A DNA stretch of 64,000 bases from an uncultured Gemmatimonadales bacterium (GCA_963730185.1 CAVSQW010000012.1:160001-224000), one strand, 5' to 3'. Positions 19,361 through 29,967 are shown, counted from the stretch's first letter. Translations and numbers: made by a program. Notes: generated from the letters alone by a model not told the origin.

Positions 19361-20938
19361 TCAGTAACCCGGATTCTGAACCAGATTCGGGTTGGCCACG
19401 AGCTCGTTGGCCGGCAAGGGATAGAGATCGAGGTGGGCGTCCGTTCCGGTCCCGGCCTGCACGCCGCCCTTCCACTCCCAGATGTAGCTGCTCCCGGTGT
19501 AGAGGCCGTACCGGATCAGGTCGACCCGGCGGTGGCCCTCCCACATCAACTCCCGCCCGCGCTCCTGGAGGATGAACTCCGGGGTCAGCTGCGAATCGGT
19601 GATGTCGCCGGACGCCCCGCCGAAGGCCCGCTCGCGGATCGCGTTGACGTAGGACAGGGCCTGGGCCCGGCTCCCACCGCCTCCCCGGAGGACCGCCTCG
19701 GCGTACATCAGATAGGCGTCGGAAAGGCGGAACATCGGGAAGTCGGTGTCGACGTGGGTCGGGTGCGAGCCGGCCGCACCGGTCGAGGTTACGTTCGCGT
19801 ACTTCCCGAGGGCGATGCCGTCGTTGAAGTTGCTGATGCTGTTGACCGCCACCGACTGGCCGGCCGTGTAGAGGAAGTTGCCGCGCAGGTCGCCGGCGCC
19901 GTAGAGATTGTACGCCTCGGGCTTGAGCCGGATGCCCCACCAGCACCCGTCGATCCCGTAGTCGGTCGCGTTCATGCTGCCGCCGCACGCGGCGTGCACG
20001 ATGAAGGTCATCCCGCCCCAGGTCTGGGTCTTGAGCCCGTCCTGGGTGATCGCGAAGATGATCTCCGGCGAGGTGTTGTTGTCGGCCAGGAACATCCGCC
20101 GCCAGTTCGGATCGAGCGTATAGGGTCCGCCGATCACGGACTGGAGCTCGGTCACGGCCGCCGCGTAGTTGGCGGTGCCGGTGTAGACCTCGGCGTTCAT
20201 GTAGAGCTTGGCCAGGAGCATGTGGGCCGCGACCGTGTTGGCCCGTCCGTAGGTGGCGGCACCGGGCGCCGGGAGATCGCTCGCGACCGCCTGGAGCTCG
20301 CTCACGACGAAGTCGTAGATCTCCTGGCGGGTCGCCTGCTTCGGCGGGGTCGAGCCGAGGGCATCAGTTTCGGTGACCAGGGGGATGCTGCCGAAGAGAT
20401 CGATGCCGTGCCAGTAGCTGAGCGCCCGGAGGAAGCGCGCCTCGGCCCGGTACTGGGTGATCTGGGTCTTGAGGGCCGCGCTGGTCTGGCCTCGCTCGGC
20501 CAGCTTGGCGTCGGTGGTCTGCCGGAGGAACTCGTTGGCCATCCCAATCTGGAAATAGATCCGGTAGTACATCGCCACCACGAACGAGTTGGTGACGGCC
20601 CAGGTCTGGGTGTTCATCTCGGGAAGGCCCACGTCGCCCCACCCGATCACCGCCTCGTCGGTGGGCAGCTCTTCGGCCTCCCAGTACAAGCGGAGATACT
20701 GCGAGAACCCTTCGTCGATGCCCTGAATGTCGGGGCGGCCGGCCGGACCCTGTTCGCCGCTCACCGCCAGGCCCGCGTAGACCTTGGCAATGAAGGCCGT
20801 GTAGGAGCTCGGATCGGTGAAGACGTTGGCCTCGGTCACGGTACTCTTCGGCTCGACCGTGAGGTCGGTGCACGCGGTCACGCCGAGGAGCAACACGCCT
20901 CCGAGCGCCGCGAGCCACTTGCTGGTTCTGGAATTCAT
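19361..20938 (-). CDS. susD: SusD/RagB family glycan-binding outer-membrane lipoprotein (starch SusD-like)
   Basis: Lipobox [56 protein letters not shown] and terminal QNPGY; directly downstream of susC. Confidence 0.92.
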   Translation of the reverse strand: MNSRTSKWLAALGGVLLLGVTACTDLTVEPKSTVTEANVFTDPSSYTAFIAKVYAGLAVSGEQGPAGRPDIQGIDEGFSQYLRLYWEAEELPTDEAVIGWGDVGLPEMNTQTWAVTNSFVVAMYYRIYFQIGMANEFLRQTTDAKLAERGQTSAALKTQITQYRAEARFLRALSYWHGIDLFGSIPLVTETDALGSTPPKQATRQEIYDFVVSELQAVASDLPAPGAATYGRANTVAAHMLLAKLYMNAEVYTGTANYAAAVTELQSVIGGPYTLDPNWRRMFLADNNTSPEIIFAITQDGLKTQTWGGMTFIVHAACGGSMNATDYGIDGCWWGIRLKPEAYNLYGAGDLRGNFLYTAGQSVAVNSISNFNDGIALGKYANVTSTGAAGSHPTHVDTDFPMFRLSDAYLMYAEAVLRGGGGSRAQALSYVNAIRERAFGGASGDITDSQLTPEFILQERGRELMWEGHRRVDLIRYGLYTGSSYIWEWKGGVQAGTGTDAHLDLYPLPANELVANPNLVQNPGY

Positions 20939-20975
20939 ATCGTCATCCCTTCCTGGATGAGTTCCTGGCGACGCA

Positions 20976-23960
20976 TTAGTACCGGAGGCTCAGGCCGCCA
21001 GTGAACGTCCGAGCGCGCGGGTAGATGTTGTTGTCGAGACCGTTGAGGCCGGCCGTCGGATCGACGCCGCTGTAGCCCGTGATCGTGAACGCGTTCTGCA
21101 GAGTCGCGAACACCCGGACCGGCTGCCGTCCGTACTTGAAGGTGTAGCCGACGGACACGTTGTCGAGCCGGAGGAACGAGCCGCTCTCCACGTAGTAGCT
21201 CGAGAGGTACTGGGGCGTCTCGAAGCCGGTCTGGAGCACGGAGGCGTGGAGGTTGTAGGGCGAGGCCCGGGTTACCTCGGAGTAGGTCCCCAGGTTCGAG
21301 GCCACGTTGTTGTAGACGTAAGCGCCCAAATAGGACCGGAGCGTGAAGCTCATGTCGAAGTCGCCGTAGCTCAGATACGACGAGTGGCCGAGGATCCACT
21401 TCGGCGCCGGGTCGTGGAAGGGCACCCGGTCGTCCTGGTTGATCTTGCCGTCGCCGTTCACGTCCTGGTACATGTCCATGTCGTTCGAGGAATAGATCGG
21501 CTTGCCGTTCGCGTCGAGCTTGTGCTTGTAGACGTAGAACGAGTTGACCGGCACGCCCGGCTGCAGGACCTGGATGAAGGTGCCGACGCCGCCGGACACC
21601 AGCCCGGTCAGGATCTGCTGCGTCCCCCCGCCGAACGGGTTGATCGACACCAGCTCATTGGTGTTGTGGGAGATCGAGAAGTTGGTGTTCCAGCTCAGAC
21701 CCTTGCGGGCGCTGCCTTCGAGGATCAGGGCATTGATCCCGAGCTCGACCCCGTGATTCTTCATGCTGCCGATATTGGTGGTGAGGTAGTTCGACAGGTT
21801 GGTGCCCGCGGCCACCGGCACGGTGAAGATCAGGTCGCGGGTGTTCTTGGTGTAGTAGTCGAAGCTGCCGGTGATTCGCTGGTCGAAGAGCCCGAAGTCG
21901 AGCCCGACGTCGTAGGACCGGGTCTCCTCCCACCGGATGTTCGGATCGACCGCGCTCGGCCGGATGGTGGCCACGTAGCCGTTGCCGAACTGGACCTGCG
22001 ACTGGGCGTCGCCCAGCACGTAGGCGGCGTACTGCTGGTAGTTGCCGAACGCCTGGTTGCCGGTCTTGGCCCACGAGGCCCGGAGCTTGAGGTCCGAGAT
22101 CGCGGAGACGTCCTTCATGAAGGACTCCTGCGAGATCCGCCAGCCCGCCGACACCGACGGGAAGGTGCCCCACTGGTGCCCGGTGCCGAACCGGGAGGAG
22201 CCGTCGCGCCGGACGCTGAAGCCGAGCAGGTACCGGTCGTTGTAGTTGTAGTTGACCCGGCCGAAGAAGGAGACCAGCCGGCTCTCCTGAATGTCCTGGA
22301 AGTTTTGGGTCGACCGGGCCGAGACGACGCCGTTGCCGCCCAGGACGTCCGTGGTGAGGCCCGTCGCCTGGTACCAGGGATACTCGGCGTGTGACCACTG
22401 GTACGAATAGCCGCCGGTCACGTCGACGGTGCCGGGGACCAGGTTGAGCGGCGCCCCGTACTTGAGGTAAGTCTCGAGGCCGGTGTTGGATTGGCTCTGG
22501 TTGGCGCGATAGTCGCGGCCGCCCTCACCGCTCTTGAGCTCGCTGTGGAGATCGCTGGGCACGAACGTCTGCCGGTCGGTGCGGGTGACGTCGTACGAGA
22601 GATTCGCGACCGCCCGGAGGCCTTCGATCCGGGGCACCCGGTACTCGGCCTGCACGTTGCCGATGCTCCGGTAGGTGATGCCCCGGTCGCTCGCCAGGTT
22701 CAGGATGGCCACCGGGTTGTCGGCCGACTGGAGGGCGTTGTTGGGCCAGTCGTAATACCCGGTCGTGGTCGCGTTGTCGTAGATCGGCTGGGTCGGCCCC
22801 ATCTGGGCCGCGTTCGAGAGCACCCCGCCTGGCGTGAACAGGTCCTTGGCCCGCGACCCCTTGAGGTAGGCGCGGACGTCCAGCCGGTTGTGGAACAGGC
22901 GCTGTGCCAAGTTGGCGCCGAGTGAAACCCGTTCCGTCGTGGTGCCTTTGAGAATGCCGTCCTGCTTGAGATAGCCGCCCGAGAGCCGCCAGCTCATCTG
23001 GTCGTCGGCCCCCGAGACCGCCAGGTTGTGCTCCTGGCCGAAGGCCGTCCGGTCCACCTGGCCGAACCAGTCGGTGTTGGCCGTCCCGAGCTGGCTCACG
23101 TTCTGGGGAGCGTACTGCTGGACCGCGGTCTTGAACTGCACCGCGGTCAGCATCGAGGGCAGCCGGGTGACCGAGGAGCTCGAGAACGTGCTGCTGTACT
23201 CGAGCTGCGTGCCCTTCTTGCCCGATTTGGTCTGGATCAGCACCACTCCGTTGGCCGCGTTGGATCCGTAGATCGCCGCGGCCGAGGCGTCCTTCAACAC
23301 CGTGATGTTCTCGATGTCGTTCGGATTGAGGAAGTTGAGCGGGTTCCGGCCGGCCGAGAGGCCGCCGCCGGCACCGGTCCCCACCGGCACGCCGTCGATC
23401 ACGAAGAGCGGATCACTGCTGGCGTTGACCGAGGTCGGGCCCCGGATCCGGATCGAGACCCCACCGCCGGGCTCGTTGTTGTCGACCACCTGAACGCCGG
23501 CGACCTTGCTCTTGATCAGCTCTTCAGGACTGATGACCCGGCCCTTGTTGAATTCATTGGCGGTCACCTGGGTCACGGCGCCGGTGATGTTGCCGGCCCG
23601 CTGCTCGCCATAGCCGGTCACCACGATCTCGGCCAGGTTCACGGCCCGCGCCGTCAGCGTCACGTCGACGTCGACGGTCTGCCCCGCGGCCACGGTCACG
23701 GACCGGGCGGCCGGCGTGTAGCCGATCAGGACCACCCGCAATGTCCCGGTGCCGGGCTCGACGTCGGACAGCACGTACTGACCGTCCTCACGGGTTTCGG
23801 TTCGGTGGGATCCGAACGAGACGGTGACGCCTGCCAGCGGTCGAGCAACCGAGTCGGTCGTGACTCGCCCCCGGATGGTGCCCGTCGGCGCTTGTGCGGC
23901 CATCGGTGCGACCCATCCGAGGGTGAGGAGCACGCCGATGCCATACCGGAGCGGTCTCAT
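20976..23960 (-). CDS. susC: SusC/RagA family TonB-dependent outer-membrane transporter
   Basis: N-terminal carboxypeptidase-regulatory-like domain; VVTGYG, NPNDIENITVLKDASAAAIYGSNAANGV, RRDGSSRF, WEET and YPRARTF; terminal aromatic residue. ATG at 23960. Confidence 0.93.
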   Translation of the reverse strand: MRPLRYGIGVLLTLGWVAPMAAQAPTGTIRGRVTTDSVARPLAGVTVSFGSHRTETREDGQYVLSDVEPGTGTLRVVLIGYTPAARSVTVAAGQTVDVDVTLTARAVNLAEIVVTGYGEQRAGNITGAVTQVTANEFNKGRVISPEELIKSKVAGVQVVDNNEPGGGVSIRIRGPTSVNASSDPLFVIDGVPVGTGAGGGLSAGRNPLNFLNPNDIENITVLKDASAAAIYGSNAANGVVLIQTKSGKKGTQLEYSSTFSSSSVTRLPSMLTAVQFKTAVQQYAPQNVSQLGTANTDWFGQVDRTAFGQEHNLAVSGADDQMSWRLSGGYLKQDGILKGTTTERVSLGANLAQRLFHNRLDVRAYLKGSRAKDLFTPGGVLSNAAQMGPTQPIYDNATTTGYYDWPNNALQSADNPVAILNLASDRGITYRSIGNVQAEYRVPRIEGLRAVANLSYDVTRTDRQTFVPSDLHSELKSGEGGRDYRANQSQSNTGLETYLKYGAPLNLVPGTVDVTGGYSYQWSHAEYPWYQATGLTTDVLGGNGVVSARSTQNFQDIQESRLVSFFGRVNYNYNDRYLLGFSVRRDGSSRFGTGHQWGTFPSVSAGWRISQESFMKDVSAISDLKLRASWAKTGNQAFGNYQQYAAYVLGDAQSQVQFGNGYVATIRPSAVDPNIRWEETRSYDVGLDFGLFDQRITGSFDYYTKNTRDLIFTVPVAAGTNLSNYLTTNIGSMKNHGVELGINALILEGSARKGLSWNTNFSISHNTNELVSINPFGGGTQQILTGLVSGGVGTFIQVLQPGVPVNSFYVYKHKLDANGKPIYSSNDMDMYQDVNGDGKINQDDRVPFHDPAPKWILGHSSYLSYGDFDMSFTLRSYLGAYVYNNVASNLGTYSEVTRASPYNLHASVLQTGFETPQYLSSYYVESGSFLRLDNVSVGYTFKYGRQPVRVFATLQNAFTITGYSGVDPTAGLNGLDNNIYPRARTFTGGLSLRY

Positions 23961-24144
23961 ATGCCTCTCGATGCGAGTTAGAAGGGGAAGCTTGCGACGA
24001 AGGGCGGCGCGGGGATATGAACCCAGTGTGAAGATTCCTAGTGGAACTGACACGCGCCGACTCCGCAAGGCACCGCAGACGTGACGAGACCTTCGCTAAC
24101 GGGTCGTAGCGCGATCGTCGCCGGGGGGTTACTTGATCGTCAAG

Positions 24145-24173
24145 AGTATGGATTCCGGAGCGGAATCCGTCAA
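24145..24173 (-). promoter_or_regulatory. Candidate sigma70 promoter for the susC operon with an overlapping palindromic operator
   Basis: On the minus strand, TTGACG (24173-24168), N17, CATACT (24150-24145). A perfect inverted repeat GGATTCCG-gag-CGGAATCC (24150-24168) fills the spacer. Confidence 0.55.
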
Positions 24174-24328
24174 GAGAGGGCGCCCGGCATCTCGTCGAGG
24201 AATGGGCCGGACGCGAGCGTGGCCCTGGCAGGCCCGAGGCGAGGTTTGGCCTCCTGCTGCGAGAGCCACGCCGCCCTATTATTATCGCCCGGCCAGTCCC
24301 CGATTCCTCTGGACCACACTCGGACCCC

Positions 24329-25819
24329 ATGACCTTCCCCCGATCGGCGGGCATCCTGCTCCATCCCACCTCCCTGCCGGGACGGGACGGGATCGGCGAC
24401 CTGGGCCCGGAAGCGCACGCCTTCGTCTCGTTTCTGGCCGGGACCGGCATGACCATCTGGCAGGTGCTGCCCCTCGGTCCGACCGGTTATGGCGACTCGC
24501 CCTACCAGTGCTTCTCCGCCTTCGCGGGGAGCCCGCTGCTGATCCACGTCCCCGACGGGGGGGGCGATTTCCCGGCCGCCGCGGTCGACTACGGCCGGGT
24601 CATTCCCCACAAGCAGGCCCTCCTCCGCCGGGCCACGGCGGCCTTGGTCCCCGACGAGAGCTACCGCGCCTTCGTCGCCGGCCAGGCCTGGTGGCTCGAG
24701 GACTACGCCCTGTTCATGGCGCTCAAGCAGGCCCATGGCGGCGTTGCCTGGCCGGAGTGGGAACCCGGCGCGGCGCTCCGTCAGCCCGACGCCCTGGACC
24801 GGTGGCGCGAGCGCCTGGCCAGCGAGATCGAGCACTTCCGGCGCGAACAGGCCCTCTTCCATTCGCAGTTCCAGGCGCTCCGGCAGGCCTGCCGGGAGCG
24901 CGGCATCCGGTTGATGGGCGACGTCCCCATCTACGTAGCGCACGACTCGGCCGACGTCTGGGCCAATCCTTCCCTTTTCAAGCTCGACGAGGGGGGACGA
25001 CCTCTGGTACAGGCCGGCGTGCCGCCCGACTACTTCAGCGCGACCGGCCAACTCTGGGGCAACCCGATCTACGATTGGGATGCCATCCGGTCCGATGGGT
25101 ACGCCTGGTGGATCCGGCGAATGCGGAGCGCGCTGGCGACGTTCGACCTGGTCCGGGTCGATCACTTCCGCGGCTTCGAAGCGTTCTGGGAAGTGCCGGG
25201 CGACGAACCGACTGCCGTGAACGGCCGCTGGGTCGACGGCCCGGGCGCCGACCTCTTCGACGCCATCACCGAGGCCCTCGGGCCCCTCCCCATCGTGGCC
25301 GAGAACCTCGGGGTGATCACCCCGGCGGTCGAAGCGCTTCGCGAGCGGTTCGGCTACCCCGGAATGAGCATCCTCCAGTTCGCCTTCGGCGCCGACCGCC
25401 AGGCCAACACCTTCCTCCCCCACACCTACCCCCGGGAGCGGGTGGTCTACACCGGCACCCACGACAACGACACCACCGTCGGCTGGTGGACCTCCACCGG
25501 CGCCGGCGACTCGACCCGAAGCGCCGACGATGTCGCCCGGGAACACGAGCACGCCTTGGCCTACCTCGCCGCCGACGGGCGCGAGATGAACTGGACCCTG
25601 ATCCGGGCGGCGCTCGCCTCCGTCGCCAACACCGCCCTGATCCCGATGCAGGACGTGCTCGGCCTCGGCAGCGAAGCCCGCATGAACCTGCCCGGGCGGC
25701 AGGCCGGGAACTGGGCCTTCCGCTTCTCCTGGGATCAAGTCACCCCCGAGATCGCGGCCCGGCTTCAGGAGATGGTAGACCTCTACGACCGGCGGCCGCC
25801 GCCCGACCAGACCACTTGA
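24329..25819 (+). CDS. malQ: 4-alpha-glucanotransferase (amylomaltase, GH77)
   Basis: RSAGILLHPTSLPG, WQVLPLGPTGYGDSPYQ, GVPPDYFSATGQLWGNP, RVDHFRGF, AENLG, YTGTHDNDT and RMNLPG. Confidence 0.95.
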   Translation: MTFPRSAGILLHPTSLPGRDGIGDLGPEAHAFVSFLAGTGMTIWQVLPLGPTGYGDSPYQCFSAFAGSPLLIHVPDGGGDFPAAAVDYGRVIPHKQALLRRATAALVPDESYRAFVAGQAWWLEDYALFMALKQAHGGVAWPEWEPGAALRQPDALDRWRERLASEIEHFRREQALFHSQFQALRQACRERGIRLMGDVPIYVAHDSADVWANPSLFKLDEGGRPLVQAGVPPDYFSATGQLWGNPIYDWDAIRSDGYAWWIRRMRSALATFDLVRVDHFRGFEAFWEVPGDEPTAVNGRWVDGPGADLFDAITEALGPLPIVAENLGVITPAVEALRERFGYPGMSILQFAFGADRQANTFLPHTYPRERVVYTGTHDNDTTVGWWTSTGAGDSTRSADDVAREHEHALAYLAADGREMNWTLIRAALASVANTALIPMQDVLGLGSEARMNLPGRQAGNWAFRFSWDQVTPEIAARLQEMVDLYDRRPPPDQTT

Positions 25820-25873
25820 CGGTCACACCTGGCGCCGTACCGGGAACCCGGTGTCGGCGGGCTCACCGGCGTG

Positions 25874-26056
25874 GAGCCAGCATCTGATCACAGCAGCAGG
25901 CAACAACCACAAACCACAAACCACAACAGTCTTACCGCCGAGAGCGCGGAGGACGCAGAGGGAACGAACCTCCGCTCCGCGTCCTCCGCGACCTCTGCGG
26001 TAGAGCTGTTGTTGTTGGTTGTTGGTTGTTGGCTGGTGGTGGTGGTGGTGTGGCTC
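25874..26056. repeat. Long imperfect inverted repeat (REP-like hairpin) with short tandem-repeat arms
   Basis: CGCGGAGGACGCAGAG (25945-25960) pairs with CTCCGCGTCCTCCGCG (25975-25990). Pairing continues outward through TACCGC/GCGGTA and ACAACAG/CTGTTGT into (AAACCAC)n and (TGTTGGT)n arms. Confidence 0.75.
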
Positions 26057-26175
26057 GAGCTTCCCGGCCAACGGCGGCGGCGAGCACGGCGCGTCGGTCG
26101 AGCCTGGAGACACTCGTCGCCTTGACCCGATCAAACAGCCGTTTTATACATCTGTTTCAGCGACGGAGGCTCCCC

Positions 26176-27126
26176 GTGTCCCGCAAGGTCGTCTTCCTGG
26201 TCGTCGTGCTCGCCCTCGCGGGCACCGCGGCCTATTCCCTCTTTCGGCCGCCGCCGGCGGAGCTGCTGCTCACCGGAATCGTCACCACCAACGACGTGAT
26301 CGTGAGCCCCCAGGTCGGCGGCCAGGTGAGCCAGCTCCTGGTCGCCGAAGGCGACTCGGTCGGCAAGGGGCAGCTGATGGCGCTCCTGGCGCCGGCCGAG
26401 CTGAGCGCCGACCGGAGCTATTTCACCCACACCGCGGAGGCGTCGACCGCCGAGGTGAGCGCCAGCGAGGCGTCGCTCGCCGCCGCGATCGCCCAGCAGG
26501 CCGAGGCAGTCGCCACCCGCGACAACACCCGTCAGATCCTCGAACGCGACTCCGCCTTGGCTCGGACCGGCGGGATCACGACCGAGGCGTTCGACGCCGC
26601 CCGGACCGCCTACACCGTCGCGGAAGCCCGGGTCAACGCAGCGGGCACCCAGGTCGCCGCCGCCCGGAGCGCCATCGCCTCCACCAAGCAGCAGCGCGAT
26701 GCGGCCCAAGCTCAGGCCGCCAAGGCGGCCGTTCGGCTCGGCTACACGGAAATCACCGCGCCGGTGGCCGGGATCGTCGACGTTCGGGCGACCCGGGTCG
26801 GCGAGGTGGTGGCCGCCGGGCAGCCGATCGTGACCCTGATCGACCCCGACGACCTCTGGGTCCGGGCCGACGTCGAGGAGTCGTACATCGACCGGATTCG
26901 GTTGGGCGACTCGCTGACCGTCCGGCTTCCTTCCGGAGCGACCCGGCGCGGGACGGTCTTCTACCGGGGCGTCGACGCCGACTTCGCGACCCAACGCGAC
27001 GTGAGCCGGACCAAGCGGGACATCAAGACCTTCGAGATCCGGCTCCGGGTGGACAACCGCGACCGCCGCCTCGCGGTCGGGATGACCGCGACGGTGGTGC
27101 TCCCCCTGCCTCCGGCCGCCTCGTGA
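26176..27126 (+). CDS. HlyD-family periplasmic adaptor (YbhG-like)
   Basis: N-terminal TM; lipoyl halves (VAEGDSVGKGQ, ITAPVAGIV..GEVVAAG); coiled coil; DFATQRD. GTG start after GGAGG. Confidence 0.85.
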   Translation: MSRKVVFLVVVLALAGTAAYSLFRPPPAELLLTGIVTTNDVIVSPQVGGQVSQLLVAEGDSVGKGQLMALLAPAELSADRSYFTHTAEASTAEVSASEASLAAAIAQQAEAVATRDNTRQILERDSALARTGGITTEAFDAARTAYTVAEARVNAAGTQVAAARSAIASTKQQRDAAQAQAAKAAVRLGYTEITAPVAGIVDVRATRVGEVVAAGQPIVTLIDPDDLWVRADVEESYIDRIRLGDSLTVRLPSGATRRGTVFYRGVDADFATQRDVSRTKRDIKTFEIRLRVDNRDRRLAVGMTATVVLPLPPAAS

Positions 27127-28116
27127 GCGCGATCGAGGTCCGCGAGCTGACCCGGCGGTTCGGCACCTTCACCGCCGTCGACGGGATTTCGTTCGCCGTC
27201 GCCGAAGGTGAGGTCTTCGGGCTCCTCGGCCCGAACGGTGCCGGCAAGTCGACCCTGATCCGGATGCTGACCACGCTCCTTCAGCCGACCTCCGGCACCG
27301 CGATGGTGGGCGGCTTCGACGTGGTCCGGGAGGCCGACCGGGTCCGCCGGGTCATCGGGGTGATTCCCCAGGCGCTCACCAGCGACCTCGATCTCACGGT
27401 CGAGGAGAACCTCCTGATCTTTACCAAGCTCTATGGGGTACCGCGGGAGCGTCGCCGCGGGCTGATCGCGATGCTGCTCGACGCGGTGGAGCTGTCCAAA
27501 TGGGCCGACAAGCCGGTCAAGCAGCTCTCGGGCGGGATGCGCCGCCGGGTGGAGATCGCCCGGGGGCTGGTGCACGAGCCGCAGCATTCTCTTCCTCGAC
27601 GAACCCACCACGGGTCTCGACCCGGTTTCCCGGACGGCGGTCTGGGAGATGCTCCGCAAGCTCAAGGCGGCCCACGAGCTGACCGTGCTCCTCACCACCC
27701 ATTACATGGACGAGGCCGACCGGCTCTGTGACCGGGTGGCGATCGTCGACCACGGGCACCTGTTGGCCCTCGACTCGCCCCTGACCCTCAAGGCGGCCAT
27801 CCCGGGCGAAAACACCCTCGAGGCCAGCTTCGTGAATCCCCCGGCCGACTGGCGGGCCCGGCTGGAGGCGCTGCCGGGGGTGGAGCGGGTGGAAGGGGAG
27901 GGACCGGCCTTCCGACTCCTCTCGCGAAGCGGGCCCGAAACCACCACCGCCCTGATCGGCGCGGCCGCGTCGGCTCGGGTCACGGTCCAGACGCTCCAGG
28001 TCAAGAGCACCACGCTCGACGACGTGTTCGTCCACTACACCGGCCACGACCTCCGGGACGGGCTCCAGGAACCCAACCCGCTCGAGCGGGGACCGCTCGC
28101 CGCGCGGCGGCGGTAG
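27123..28116 (+). CDS. ABC transporter ATP-binding protein (DrrA-like); one frameshift near 27585
   Basis: GPNGAGKST and LSGGMRRR, then a frame change to LFLDEPTTGLDP and TTHYMDEAD. Confidence 0.85.
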
Positions 28117-28125
28117 GGGCCGGCC

Positions 28126-29241
28126 ATGGAACGGATGTGGGCGATCGTGGAGCGCGACCTCCGCCGGTTCCGGCGGAGCCCGGCGCTGATCGTGGTATCG
28201 CTCCTTTTCCCGATCGTGCAGCTGGTGGTGCTCGGCTACGCCTTCGGCGGGCACGTCAAGGACCTCCGGGTGGCGCTGGTAGACCAAGATGGCGGGGTGC
28301 CCGCCGTCCAGATCCAGGCTCTCGGCAACGCGATCGCCGCCAACGCCCGGACCTTCACCTTCGTCCGCTACGGCGACCAGGGTCAGGCGCTCACCGCCCT
28401 CCGGAACGGGCGGGTCAATGGCGTCCTCACCATTCCGCCCGGGTTCTCCCGCCGGGTGCTGGCCGGCGAGTCGCCCCGGGTGGCGATGATCGAGGACAAC
28501 GCCGACAACTTCGTGGCGGCGACGCTGACCGGCTCGATGGCAGGACTGGTCCAGGCGTACGACCGGCGCGGACCGAGCACCCGGCGGCTGGGGACCCAAC
28601 CGGTCCTGGACGTGGTCGAGCTCTACCCTTATGTGCCCTACATCCAGTACCTGCTGCCGGGCTCGGTGGTGATGTCGATCTTCATGATGGTGATGATCGG
28701 CGGCGGGATCATCTTCATCGACGACAAGGCCCGGGGCCTGCACGAGGGCTATCTGGTCACCCCGGTCACCCGGTTCGAGCTGATCCTGGGCTTCAACATC
28801 GCCGGCGCGATCAAGGCGATCCTGGCGGGCTCGGTGCTGACCGTGATCGGGGCGCTCATCGCCGGGATCCCGCATCCCTTCGACCCGCTCCGGCTGGCCC
28901 GGGTGTCGCTGGTCATCATGGTGGGTTCGGTGGCGCTGGTGAGCATGATGTTCCTGGTCATGGTCCGGATGAGCGACCCCCTGCTCCCCCGGGCGATCTT
29001 CGGCGTCCTCAACACGCTGCTCTTCTTCCCGAGCGGCGCCGTCTACCCGCCGCAGGGCTTTCCGGGCTGGATGCGGGCCATCGCGAGGGTCGATCCGTTC
29101 ACCTACATCGTGCACGCCCTGAAGAGCCTGCTCCTCAAGAACTCCGGGTTGGCGGCGATCGGAGGAGACCTCGCCTATCTCGCCCTGTTCGCGACGGTGA
29201 CCATGACCGCGGCCACACTCCTCTTCAAGCGCGAGCTGTGA
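28126..29241 (+). CDS. ABC-2 type transporter permease
   Basis: N-terminal TM, extracytoplasmic loop and five C-terminal TMs; YLVTPV, FPSGAVYP and DPFTY. Confidence 0.88.
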   Translation: MERMWAIVERDLRRFRRSPALIVVSLLFPIVQLVVLGYAFGGHVKDLRVALVDQDGGVPAVQIQALGNAIAANARTFTFVRYGDQGQALTALRNGRVNGVLTIPPGFSRRVLAGESPRVAMIEDNADNFVAATLTGSMAGLVQAYDRRGPSTRRLGTQPVLDVVELYPYVPYIQYLLPGSVVMSIFMMVMIGGGIIFIDDKARGLHEGYLVTPVTRFELILGFNIAGAIKAILAGSVLTVIGALIAGIPHPFDPLRLARVSLVIMVGSVALVSMMFLVMVRMSDPLLPRAIFGVLNTLLFFPSGAVYPPQGFPGWMRAIARVDPFTYIVHALKSLLLKNSGLAAIGGDLAYLALFATVTMTAATLLFKREL

Positions 29242-29927
29242 GCCGAGCCCGGACGACCCGCGCCCGGGGGCGGGCGTCTCCGCCCCGCGCCGAGGGCGAT
29301 ACCCGGCGGCGGTTGATCGCGTCCGCCCGGGAGCGCTTCGCCGAGGACGGATTCTGGGCCGCGTCGGTCCGCGACATCTGCCGGGCGGCCGGGGCCAACG
29401 TCGCCGCGGTGAACTACCACTTCGGTGACAAGCTCGGGCTCTATCGCGAGGTGGTGACCGAGGCCCTCGCGGCGGTGGGCGACCTCGACCCGACCATCGA
29501 CGCTCCACCCGGGAGCTCCGCCGCCGACCGGATCCGGCACTACGTCCGGAGCTACCTGCCCCGGATCGCCAAGCCGGACGAGAAGATCCTCTCGGCCCAG
29601 CGGCTCATGACCCACGAGCTCGAGACGCCGACGCCGCTCGCCCCCTGGATCGCCGAGCGGGTCATCGTCCCCCGGCTCACCTACCTGGCCCAAGCGGTGG
29701 CCGAGCTACTCGGCTGTCCCGTCTCGGACCCCCGGGTGGACCGGTGCGTGATGAGTCTCCAGGCCCAGTGCCTCTTCCATCGGCCGAACCGGTTCGCTCG
29801 CGCCGCGCTGCCCGAGCGCGACGCGGCGATGCGGGCGGACCTGGACGCGGCGGTAGATCACGTCGTGGCGTTCACGCTGGCCGGCATCGCTCGGCTCGCG
29901 ACCACGCCTCCGAGCGACCCCCAGTAG
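29238..29927 (+). CDS. TetR family regulator (CecR/YbiH-like C-terminal domain)
   Basis: HTH RLIASARERFAEDGF..SVRDICRAAGANVAAVNYHFGDKLGLY; C-terminal HVVAFTLAGI; GTGA overlap with the permease stop. Confidence 0.85.
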   Translation: MSRARTTRARGRASPPRAEGDTRRRLIASARERFAEDGFWAASVRDICRAAGANVAAVNYHFGDKLGLYREVVTEALAAVGDLDPTIDAPPGSSAADRIRHYVRSYLPRIAKPDEKILSAQRLMTHELETPTPLAPWIAERVIVPRLTYLAQAVAELLGCPVSDPRVDRCVMSLQAQCLFHRPNRFARAALPERDAAMRADLDAAVDHVVAFTLAGIARLATTPPSDPQ

Positions 29928-29967
29928 CCGAGCGGAGAGCGGGCGCCGGTCGACCGGGACTGGATTA

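Noticed and set aside
25874..26056. CRISPR array, or small Gln/Val-rich ORFs (25823..26134, 25871..26125)
   Set aside because: It is an inverted repeat with no repeat-spacer periodicity and no cas genes. The ORFs are low-complexity translations of the arms.
26176..29927. ABC/HlyD operon as the RiPP exporter
   Set aside because: It lies 11 kb away with unrelated genes between, has no C39 domain, and resembles a generic TetR-regulated efflux operon.
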